IMG/VR virus record: IMGVR_UViG_3300017934_000004
Span: 1 to 35,311 of that record
Source: a virus
Strand: one strand, 5' to 3'
Length of the DNA: 35,311 nucleotides
In this document: positions 24,204-30,977 of the stretch, piece after piece
Layout of the letters: each line of letters starts with the position of its first letter
Position numbering within the stretch: the first letter of the stretch is position 1
Notes under the pieces: generated by a model
The model's database searches: none
What the model was told of the DNA's origin: nothing
What the model saw: the letters and a program-made list of their open reading frames with translations, nothing else
Program-made: the position numbers and the translations under genes

Positions 24204-24535
24204 GGCCGTCGGTACTCCAAAAACCCGAGCTGGTGCCGGCCGCTCGCGCAAATGATCGGCAGCCGGCGCCGGCAGCTCGCCGGGCGGATCCACCCGCGGG
24301 GCTCGGACTCGATTTGCGGATCCCAACGGGCAAGCTCGCGCGCTGCCGTATCTACCTCGGCGTAGCACCATCCATCCTCGGTATGGTCAGGCGTTCGCAC
24401 CACTAGGCGCACATTGAACATTTGCAGACGCAGGAAAGCCTCGCGGCCGTCGGACAAGTGGCGGCGTGTGAACTTTTCGAGCCTGGCCGCGGCCCTTTGG
24501 AGCCACTTAAAGCTATAGACAAACTCGACGCTCAT
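24200..24535 (-). CDS. Hypothetical protein
   Basis: ATGA overlap with the upstream stop at 24532..24535. Confidence 0.5.
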   Translation of the reverse strand: MSVEFVYSFKWLQRAAARLEKFTRRHLSDGREAFLRLQMFNVRLVVRTPDHTEDGWCYAEVDTAARELARWDPQIESEPRGWIRPASCRRRLPIICASGRHQLGFLEYRRP

Positions 24536-24846
24536 GACCGGGCCGCCTTAGTGCGCGACCTGGCGCCGGCGGCCGCGATCGCCGCGGCGTTCGATCGACG
24601 CCGACGGAAGGGCAGCGGCGCCGATGGAATTCGACGAAATGCGTTCATGAGCGCGCCGGTTCTCATCTCATACGCAACCTCGGCATAGTCGAGCAGGTGC
24701 GCTAGGATTTCGGCGCAATTCGAGCAAAGCGGCGCCGTCCCGAGGGCCTTTTCTTGTGCTGGGCCGGCCCAACTGCAGCCATTGGCACACGCGCGATCGT
24801 AACTACAGCGGCAAATCTTACAACGTGGCATCAGATTTCCTTTCAT
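24532..24846 (-). CDS. Cys-rich small protein
   Basis: CKICRC .. C..GC .. C..C arrangement with a basic C-terminal tail. Confidence 0.5.
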   Translation of the reverse strand: MKGNLMPRCKICRCSYDRACANGCSWAGPAQEKALGTAPLCSNCAEILAHLLDYAEVAYEMRTGALMNAFRRIPSAPLPFRRRRSNAAAIAAAGARSRTKAARS

Positions 24847-25261
24847 CCAAGGCGGCCAGTATCGGCCGGCTCAAATCCTTGCGAGCTGCACGCGTTTCCG
24901 CGTGGTGTTTTTTGTCATAGTCCAGATGGCACCATTGGCACCAGGCGGCTAAGTTGTCGTCGCGATCGTCGCCCGAAACGTGATTACGGTGCGCGATCGT
25001 GAGCACGACGCGGATCCGCCGAGTTTTCCCGGCTGGTCGATCGCCGATGTATCGGCCTAATGTGTCGCGCCAGTGTTCGATAACTCCGTCCGTCCATGTT
25101 ACGGTTTGATCGAGCCAACAGCCGCCGATTCTAGTTACATCGGTGTGGTTTGGAATGTCGCAGGCCTCGCACTTGTTCCCAGCCCGCGCGAGGATCCGCG
25201 GCCGCGTGACCGTTCGCCAAATGCGGCCGTAATAGATGCGCAGCTCTTTTCTAATCGGCAT
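24818..25261 (-). CDS. HNH endonuclease
   Basis: CEAC .. LTIAHRNHVSGDDRDDNLAAWCQWCHLDYD (CxxC, H-N-H, CxxCH). ATG at 25261. The upstream part of track ORF 24818..25525 looks like non-coding read-through. Confidence 0.7.
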   Translation of the reverse strand: MPIRKELRIYYGRIWRTVTRPRILARAGNKCEACDIPNHTDVTRIGGCWLDQTVTWTDGVIEHWRDTLGRYIGDRPAGKTRRIRVVLTIAHRNHVSGDDRDDNLAAWCQWCHLDYDKKHHAETRAARKDLSRPILAALDERKSDATL

Positions 25262-25442
25262 GGTCGCGGCCGTACAAACTGCCGTCGGCGTGGATCCCTC
25301 TCGACACTGGAAGGCGTAACGATGTTGGCGCCGCGGGCTCGGGCCTGGTAGCGATCGCGAGCAGCGCGGCGATAATCCCGATGCCGGCATTTGAAACGGT
25401 GAAGCGTTCGGGCTCTTTAACGTGCGGCTCGTAGACGAGCAT
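25251..25442 (-). CDS. Possible small membrane protein
   Basis: In-frame ATG at 25442 of track ORF 25251..25517. Helix AGIGIIAALLAIA. GC3 about 70 percent. Fills the gap between 25495 and 25261. Confidence 0.3.
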   Translation of the reverse strand: MLVYEPHVKEPERFTVSNAGIGIIAALLAIATRPEPAAPTSLRLPVSRGIHADGSLYGRDHAD

Positions 25443-25494
25443 GAAAATTGAGCCGACTGCCCAACATAGAGGGCGACGATGTGCACTAGTTTTC

Positions 25495-26004
25495 TCATGG
25501 CAGCAACCCCGTCGCACATGTCCAATGCACCGGTACGGCGATCGCGCTATAGGCGAACTGCTGCCGGCACTTGTCTTGCTGTTCCTTATCCAAACCTGGC
25601 CCGAGGGCGACTAGGGTGTAAACGTCGCCCTGTTTTAGAAACTCCTGGCAGGCGGCGCAGCGCGATACAGGCACGCTCAGATAGGGGTGACCCGAGGGCA
25701 GGGGTTCGGACTTCCGGAGTATCGACATACGGCGCCATTCGTCGGGATTTGGGGCATTAGCGTTCACTGTGCCACGGCCGAGCTCGGTACCTGGTATCGC
25801 CTGGAGATTACCAGAGACAACGGCAGGCGCGAGCGCGCCGGGCCGCTGCCATTCTGGAATTTGCCAGGGGCCGACGGCCGGCGGTATGCCGCCCGGCGGA
25901 GCCTCGGGGCGCCGCGGAAGTACCTCGGGTGTGAGCCCGGCCGCCTCGGCTATTTTGCCGACCTGCACAATCCCGGTTTCGCGAGTGGTTTTATCTTCGG
26001 GCAT
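25495..26004 (-). CDS. Hypothetical Pro-rich protein
   Basis: ATG at 26004 preceded by an aggggga SD. 169 aa. Confidence 0.55.
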   Translation of the reverse strand: MPEDKTTRETGIVQVGKIAEAAGLTPEVLPRRPEAPPGGIPPAVGPWQIPEWQRPGALAPAVVSGNLQAIPGTELGRGTVNANAPNPDEWRRMSILRKSEPLPSGHPYLSVPVSRCAACQEFLKQGDVYTLVALGPGLDKEQQDKCRQQFAYSAIAVPVHWTCATGLLP

Positions 26005-26251
26005 CGCTTCCCCCTGTATTGGCAGGCCGTTCGCACCGGCAGGGCATACGATCGCAGGCCGGGCAGTTCATGCGGCCGATATTCGCCGAGCTGCCGACAA
26101 TTCGGGCGATGCGCAAGGCGGCGAGGATCACGGCCAGCTCATCGCCATCCGCCTGCAAATCGACGACGCGGCGATCGGCTACGGCCGGCAGTGGATCGCC
26201 AAGGTGCCAGATGACTACACCATCGGTATGTGGATCCCCAAAATAGATCAC
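25991..26251 (-). CDS. Hypothetical protein
   Basis: GTG at 26251 in a GTGA overlap with the recombinase stop, preceded by an aggggggg SD. Confidence 0.5.
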   Translation of the reverse strand: MIYFGDPHTDGVVIWHLGDPLPAVADRRVVDLQADGDELAVILAALRIARIVGSSANIGRMNCPACDRMPCRCERPANTGGSDARR

Positions 26252-26850
26252 TTCCCCCCCTTATCCTCGGCCTCGGCCAAAGTGCGGCCGACGACGCTTT
26301 TACTGGACTTCAATTCAGTAGCGATCTCGCGCAGGCTATAGCCGGCATCTCGCAGCTCGCGCACGCGTATCCTGTCGAGCACTGCCGGCCGGCGGCCGCC
26401 GATGACGCCATTCGCCCTGGCGCGCGCCAGACCGGCCCTAACGCGGGCCTGCATCGTTAGGCGTTCCTGCTGCGCGATAAATGCCGCAATCGCGATGAGC
26501 AGCTCGCCGGCAGGGCCGGCAGTTCTGAAATGCTCCTCGTTCATGCTCCATAACTGCACGCCGGAACTGCGCAGCCTAGCAATGAGCTCGAACGCGCTCG
26601 CAGGCCCGCGGCGGGTGAGCCGGCTTAGATCGAACACCAGCACGGTATCAAAGTCGCGCCGGGCCGCGTCCCGCATCAAAGCCTCAAGGCCGGGCCGCGC
26701 GGAGCTCGCGCCAGTGATTTCATCGGTGTAGACTGCGGCGACTTTCCAACTCATCGCCGCGGCGTATTTCCGAAGGGCGCGGACCTGGCTACTGAGGTTC
26801 TGCTTTCCGTCCGACGTGCTGATTCGGGCATAGACGCCTGCGGTTTTCAT
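26248..26850 (-). CDS. Small serine recombinase (resolvase/invertase family)
   Basis: N-terminal GVYARISTSDG (catalytic Ser context). D..LVFDLSRLTR. C-terminal HTH GYSLREIATELKSSKSVV. 200 aa. Confidence 0.9.
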   Translation of the reverse strand: MKTAGVYARISTSDGKQNLSSQVRALRKYAAAMSWKVAAVYTDEITGASSARPGLEALMRDAARRDFDTVLVFDLSRLTRRGPASAFELIARLRSSGVQLWSMNEEHFRTAGPAGELLIAIAAFIAQQERLTMQARVRAGLARARANGVIGGRRPAVLDRIRVRELRDAGYSLREIATELKSSKSVVGRTLAEAEDKGGK

Positions 26851-27398
26851 TGGAGCGCTAACACTCCCTGCAAGTAGAACCGCAAACCGCGCTCGGCCGC
26901 CAAGTCAAGCGCGTCGCCGGCAATCTCTAGCCTAAAATCGGATTGAGGCGCGATCGCAATTTGAGGCGCGATCGGTTGCCAGGCCGCCGAGCTAAACGCA
27001 TTCGGCGCCATCAGGGCCAGCGGCGCCGCGAAATAGGTCTTGCCGCCAATCACTAGCTGGCATTCAAACGCGTCAAGGATCCGCGCCGCCTCGGCGACCG
27101 GAATATCGCCGAGGCCGCTCCATCCGATCGAGCGAATAGCAAAATTCGTCGGGCTCGGTCCAGTGAAAAGTATCTCACGCGTTTCCTTGCCCGGCTGCAG
27201 CATGACGGTATCCCAGATAGACCAATCCTGCAGCCAGGAATCCGCCCAACCCTCAATGATTGGATTACGCGTGCGCATGCTCGCGATCGCGTCGGCGAAG
27301 TGCGGAAGCGGCGGCTGTACTAACTGCTCTGGCTTGACCGCGAGGGCCGCGGCCAGCATCGCAAGAAATGACCGACGGCTTACGGGCTCGATGCTCAT
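26847..27398 (-). CDS. Tat-signal-bearing short paralog of the capsid-like protein
   Basis: N-terminus MSIEPVSRRSFLAMLAAALAV (SRRxFL twin-arginine pattern). IIEGWADSWLQDWSIWDT, FAIRSIGW, CQLVIGGKTYF, IAPQSDFRLEI, FYLQGVLALQ align with IMEGWVDRGPWQYWDT, LLMAIGFY, CYMQFKIDDKIF, IAPIQQFSMDLI, YLIVQLDGLTDRSVQ of 9308..10057. Confidence 0.65.
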   Translation of the reverse strand: MSIEPVSRRSFLAMLAAALAVKPEQLVQPPLPHFADAIASMRTRNPIIEGWADSWLQDWSIWDTVMLQPGKETREILFTGPSPTNFAIRSIGWSGLGDIPVAEAARILDAFECQLVIGGKTYFAAPLALMAPNAFSSAAWQPIAPQIAIAPQSDFRLEIAGDALDLAAERGLRFYLQGVLALQ

Positions 27399-27619
27399 AA
27401 AATCCTTTCTTTCCCCTCCCCGTACAATTCGGCATAGGCGGCGAAGCCGTAGCGGAATCCATCAAGAAAACACGCGGCCAGGCAACCTAGGATTATGCCG
27501 ACAAGCAGCAACGGGAAACCTAGCCATACTGTGATAACTCCAAGAATCACCTGACCCAGGTTTATTGGTTCGGGTGGCGGCACCGGAGATTTATGCTCGC
27601 TGTCCATGATGGTTTTCAT
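27395..27619 (-). CDS. Small two-helix membrane protein
   Basis: ATGA overlaps at both ends. VILGVITVWLGFPLLLVGIILGCLAACFL. Confidence 0.55.
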   Translation of the reverse strand: MKTIMDSEHKSPVPPPEPINLGQVILGVITVWLGFPLLLVGIILGCLAACFLDGFRYGFAAYAELYGEGKERIL

Positions 27620-27840
27620 ATTCGGGTTAGACCCTTGAGTATCCGCACAGCGCGCATTCCAACGATCCAGGCATGAACCGCGATGTATGCCTCACCGCTG
27701 CAATTTCGCCCGGCCTCGATCGAGTTAAGCACACGCGGCGTTATTCCAATCTCGCGGGCCGCATCGTGGCAACTAAGGCCGGCTGCCGCGCGCAGGCTGC
27801 GCACGATGCTGCAAAAATCTTGATAGTCGTTTCCGATCAC
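27616..27840 (-). CDS. XRE-family helix-turn-helix transcriptional regulator
   Basis: LRAAAGLSCHDAAREIGITPRVLNSIEAGRN matches the HTH_3 pattern. GTGA overlap with the upstream stop. Confidence 0.7.
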   Translation of the reverse strand: MIGNDYQDFCSIVRSLRAAAGLSCHDAAREIGITPRVLNSIEAGRNCSGEAYIAVHAWIVGMRAVRILKGLTRI

Positions 27841-28136
27841 GCACGACCCTTTCGCTCGGTTAGCTGGTGACTCGCAACTCTCACGCCGATCAGCTCGGCA
27901 GCCTCGAAAATTGTGTCGGCGTGGCCGGTTCCGACCAGCTCTTTTTTATGGTAAACGGCCCATGCAATCCGTTGCACACCGAGCACCCAGTAGCGAGCGA
28001 AAACAAACCGGAAACCGCGGCGGCTGCCTTTCCATTTTCCGGTTTTTGCCAAGCCGCGAGTGATGTCGCCGCGAGCTCGGGCAGTGAGGATTTCGGTAGC
28101 CGCAATCATACCGCTAGTGGCTAGAGTGTCCCACAA
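27837..28136 (-). CDS. Hypothetical protein, first gene of the leftward operon
   Basis: 99-aa ORF with a TTG start (alternative ATG at 28109). No SD seen. Confidence 0.45.
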   Translation of the reverse strand: MWDTLATSGMIAATEILTARARGDITRGLAKTGKWKGSRRGFRFVFARYWVLGVQRIAWAVYHKKELVGTGHADTIFEAAELIGVRVASHQLTERKGRA

Positions 28137-28180
28137 ACTCTAGTTTGGGTCAATTTTTTTTGGTTGAAAAAGTACCAAAT

Positions 28181-28243
28181 GTGCAACCGGTTGCACGGCG
28201 AGTTTGTGCAACCGGTTGCACGAAAACGCGCAACCGGTTGCAC
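28181..28243. promoter_or_regulatory. Three clustered copies of the palindrome (operator, iteron or res-like array)
   Basis: GTGCAACCGGTTGCAC at 28181..28196 and 28206..28221, and GCGCAACCGGTTGCAC at 28228..28243. Lies in the divergent region between 28136 (-) and 28564 (+). Confidence 0.75.
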
Positions 28244-28244
28244 G

Positions 28245-28324
28245 ACGTATCTCTATTACATTTAGAAGAATCTTTAGAAGAACTAACAGCAGCAGCTAAA
28301 GGTACTACTAGCGGGCTGCTGCTG
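28245..28324. other. AT-rich segment with 2 x TTTAGAAGAA, then a 10-bp stem-loop (origin-like unwinding region)
   Basis: tttagaagaa at 28261..28270 and 28273..28282. cagcagcagc (28287..28296) pairs with gctgctgctg (28315..28324). This is the most AT-rich patch I noticed in the window. Confidence 0.5.
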
Positions 28325-28445
28325 CTCGCGTTCGCCTGCTGTTCCCTCTTGCAAAATAAAACCTGCTATGCTTACGATTGACGGGTAAGCGCGCCAAAAA
28401 CCGCAACGCGGATTTGGTCACCGGTTCGGCCTTGGGTTTGGTTTC

Positions 28446-28514
28446 CTCAGAAAACTCCCGACCCTAGCCGAGCTGGTGACCGGTTCGCCAAACAGCGCGC
28501 GGGAGTTTTCTGAG
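28446..28514 (+). promoter_or_regulatory. 15-bp perfect inverted repeat in the Rep-gene leader
   Basis: ctcagaaaactcccg (28446..28460) pairs with cgggagttttctgag (28500..28514) around a 39-nt loop. The 3' arm contains gggag upstream of a 16-codon uORF (28517..28567) whose stop overlaps the Rep ATG. Confidence 0.6.
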
Positions 28515-28563
28515 ACATGAAAAGCTCGATCCGTTATCCACTCGCGTTCGGAGTCGCCCGGCA

Positions 28564-29637
28564 ATGAACGCACCCGCCCAACAAACCGGCCAATTTTTTT
28601 ACGTTCCAAACTCACTCACCGAAAACCAGATGTTTTTGACTCATGCCGAGCTGGCAATGGCCCTGATCGTGTTGAGGCGATCCCACAGCAACAAGGGCGG
28701 GGCGGTACCGGTGAGTGATGAAAACTGGAAAAACTGGACCGGCCTCAGTATTCGGCAAAAAAAATATGCTGTCGCCGGCCTTGAAAAAAAAGGCCTACGC
28801 ATCGAGGGCCGCGGCGATCGCGCGCGTTACGCCTGGCAGTTCGATATGTGGGAATCGTACGCGCGGCAAACGGCGATCGAGCAGCGCGCGAAAACCGAGG
28901 GCCGGAAACCCGCGCCAGTGCCGGCGAAAAAGGGCGCAATGGTACATCCGGAATGCGCTGCCGGCTGCGCGATGCTACAACAGACACCGGCGAAACTTGT
29001 GCTGCTACCGGCCGGCCAAATTGAACAGGCTTGGCCTGAAACCCTCAGTACGATCCGGCAAGCGTTCCCGCCGGTCACTGGCGCATTTCTGGCGCGCCTG
29101 GTCGGCGTAGTGAAAGCCTCGATCGGCACCGTAACCGATGCCGAGCTCGCGCACGCGGTCACCATCGCGTACAAACGGCAGCAGCGTAGCGAGGGCCTAT
29201 TTCTCGACACGGTGCCCGAGGCGCTCGCCGCGCTTCGGCGCGTGAAGGCAAAGCCGGTACTGCCGGCAGCCGGCGACGTGGATCCGGCCGCGATCGAGCA
29301 GCGCATCGGCGAAGTGCTCACGATTCTATCAGCCGACAACTGGGCCTCGGCCGCGCTCTGCGCCGATCTCGAAAAACTGCGCGATCGCGTGAAGTCTACC
29401 GAGCTGCAGCAGCTCGATGACGAAATGAACGCGCTCGAAAAGCGGATTATCAATGCGGCACATGATGCGATCGCCGAGCCACAACGCGAGAAAATCCGGC
29501 AGCGTGTCGCCGGCCAGATGAAATCCTACGCCGGCAAAATGTCGCCCGCGCAGCTCGACCAGCTCGCGCACACCATGCTAGAGCGCGAGCTCTTGCAGTA
29601 CTTCGACGTGCCGCGGCTCGGGGTCTTCTATGTGTGA
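28564..29637 (+). CDS. Putative replication initiator / winged-helix DNA-binding protein
   Basis: N-terminal FFYVPNSL..LTHAELAMALIVLRR..WTGLSIRQKKYAVAGLEKKGLRIEG resembles phage/plasmid replisome-organiser wHTH N-termini. Lies directly downstream of the iteron/AT-rich region. The function is inferred. Confidence 0.5.
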   Translation: MNAPAQQTGQFFYVPNSLTENQMFLTHAELAMALIVLRRSHSNKGGAVPVSDENWKNWTGLSIRQKKYAVAGLEKKGLRIEGRGDRARYAWQFDMWESYARQTAIEQRAKTEGRKPAPVPAKKGAMVHPECAAGCAMLQQTPAKLVLLPAGQIEQAWPETLSTIRQAFPPVTGAFLARLVGVVKASIGTVTDAELAHAVTIAYKRQQRSEGLFLDTVPEALAALRRVKAKPVLPAAGDVDPAAIEQRIGEVLTILSADNWASAALCADLEKLRDRVKSTELQQLDDEMNALEKRIINAAHDAIAEPQREKIRQRVAGQMKSYAGKMSPAQLDQLAHTMLERELLQYFDVPRLGVFYV

Positions 29638-29638
29638 A

Positions 29639-29803
29639 ATGCTTGCGGCGCCGGGCCTTCAAAGTGCGCGGATCATTACCGCGCTCGACAAGGTGCGCGT
29701 ACCGCGGTCAGTGAATGAAAGCCGTGACGGTGCGCACCGTTGCGGACGGATGACACTAGGCAGGCGTGACCTAAGGGCCGGCGCCGCAAGGAGTTCACAG
29801 TGA
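29639..29803 (+). CDS. Possible 54-aa ORF bridging Rep and the next gene
   Basis: ATG 1 nt after the Rep stop, and its stop forms a GTGA overlap with the GTG at 29800. GC3 is only about 63 percent. Below the ORF-track length cutoff. Confidence 0.3.
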   Translation: MLAAPGLQSARIITALDKVRVPRSVNESRDGAHRCGRMTLGRRDLRAGAARSSQ

Positions 29804-30057
29804 GAGCCGAGCTAGTGATACAATTCCGCGAGCTGTATCCCGACAAACCTGAGGCCAGCGTACGGCTTTATCCCGCGCTGGAAATAATCAGGCAGGCCGG
29901 CGCCGTTTCCATCGACCTCTGCGAAGATGGTGCCGTACTTCTCGGGAAACAGGAATTTAGAAAGCTTGCTCACATTGCCGATGATGCGTCGATCGGCAGC
30001 GGCCGCCTAGTGTTGCCTTTTGCAGAAGGCGCGCCCGTGTACCTCGTCCGCGAATGA
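29800..30057 (+). CDS. Hypothetical protein
   Basis: GTG start 6 nt after an aaggag SD. 85 aa. Confidence 0.55.
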   Translation: MRAELVIQFRELYPDKPEASVRLYPALEIIRQAGAVSIDLCEDGAVLLGKQEFRKLAHIADDASIGSGRLVLPFAEGAPVYLVRE

Positions 30058-30242
30058 AGAAAGCAGCGAGTGTTACCTTTTCGGCAAGCTGCCCGAAGTG
30101 CGGCGGGCTCATGACTGTAAGGCTTGGCAAAAAAGCGGCGGCGGCGACGATGCTGCGCGCGCTCACCGTTCAACACCAAAAAGAGCACGCGGCATGTATT
30201 TCGGGTTTCCTGGTGCTTCCGATGCTCTCCGATTTGCGGTAG
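30054..30242 (+). CDS. Small zinc-ribbon-like protein
   Basis: ATGA overlap. CPKCGG motif. 62 aa. Confidence 0.5.
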   Translation: MKKAASVTFSASCPKCGGLMTVRLGKKAAAATMLRALTVQHQKEHAACISGFLVLPMLSDLR

Positions 30243-30270
30243 CATTTTCTGGTGAGAGGAATTCGCAACA

Positions 30271-30381
30271 ATGTACGCATGGATCTATGGGCTGCTGACC
30301 GGCGCCCTGCTGTGCCTCGGCGGCGCTGGTACCGCGGTTTACTACGCTGCTCGCTCGGTGCTGCGTCACTGGCCGCGATAG
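30271..30381 (+). CDS. Possible 36-aa single-helix membrane peptide
   Basis: MYAWIYGLLTGALLCLGGAGTAVYYAARSVLRHWPR. GC3 about 75 percent. Below the track cutoff. A second 28-aa hydrophobic ORF at 30414..30500 follows. Confidence 0.3.
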   Translation: MYAWIYGLLTGALLCLGGAGTAVYYAARSVLRHWPR

Positions 30382-30496
30382 CATTCGCGACGACGCCGGC
30401 GGGTGAGCTGTTCATGTTGCGCCACAATTTTCTATCCGGCTTTGGCGACCTGGCCCTTATCGCGGTCGCGACTGCACTCGCTGTGGGGTTTGAGAA

Positions 30497-30748
30497 GTGA
30501 GCCTAACGGATTCCAAGCGTAACGCCTGGCGCCGCTGCTGGTGGCTACAACCGCAGTTGTTGAGCGTTTTGTATCTAGCGGCGCAAGCCTACCGCATGAT
30601 CGCGCGCGCTGGCCGGCCAGGCGGCGGGGTTGCCTATGCCGGCGAGCAACGGCTCGGTGTGCCGCACGTCGTCGTATTCGTCGGCACTGATCGCGAGGCC
30701 TGGCGCATCTCGCAACGCGCTATCGAGGAATGGCAGCGGCCGGCGTAG
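30497..30748 (+). CDS. Hypothetical protein (conflicts with 30575..30868 on the other strand)
   Basis: GTGA overlap with the 30414..30500 mini-ORF. GC3 about 75 percent. Confidence 0.35.
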   Translation: MSLTDSKRNAWRRCWWLQPQLLSVLYLAAQAYRMIARAGRPGGGVAYAGEQRLGVPHVVVFVGTDREAWRISQRAIEEWQRPA

Positions 30749-30868
30749 GATTTGGCCGCCGGTGCGCGCCTGGCGCCCGGTGAGCTGCTCAGATAGGCAG
30801 AGCAGGCACGGTGTCGCCCGCTCGAACTCGATCGCATGACGGCCGCACATTTCGCGCCGCGGGCTCAT
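30575..30868 (-). CDS. Hypothetical protein (conflicts with 30497..30748)
   Basis: ATG at 30868. GC3 about 82-85 percent, including the part not shared with the plus-strand ORF. An AT-rich patch lies upstream. Confidence 0.4.
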   Translation of the reverse strand: MSPRREMCGRHAIEFERATPCLLCLSEQLTGRQARTGGQILRRPLPFLDSALRDAPGLAISADEYDDVRHTEPLLAGIGNPAAWPASARDHAVGLRR

Positions 30869-30977
30869 CGGGATACCGCCAGCCAAATTAATTCATATAC
30901 AGCCATCGCCGCCAAGCACAGGAAAGCGATTCTCGGTTTTTCCATGTCCGATCGTACAGGGCCAATGTGCGCGCGCC

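Noticed and set aside
25003-25026. Walker A-like GDRPAGKT, which might mark a hidden ATPase
   Set aside because: It lies in the middle of a 148-aa HNH endonuclease, with no Walker B or other P-loop NTPase features. It is most likely coincidental.
25262-25525. Longer HNH protein starting at 25525
   Set aside because: The extra 88 residues are Ser/Pro/Arg-rich with no structure-like pattern. The ATG at 25261 gives a normal-sized HNH protein.
27616-28136. HigB/HigA-like toxin-antitoxin pair (a 99-aa ORF followed by an overlapping XRE HTH gene)
   Set aside because: The upstream protein shows no RelE/HigB-like motifs. The pair sits directly next to a three-operator cluster, which fits a regulatory switch better. 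The possibility remains open but is unsupported.
28145-28381. Track ORF of 78 aa on the plus strand
   Set aside because: It is composed entirely of the palindrome triplet, the AT-rich repeats and the CAG/CTG hairpin. It has no SD and a non-coding-like composition.
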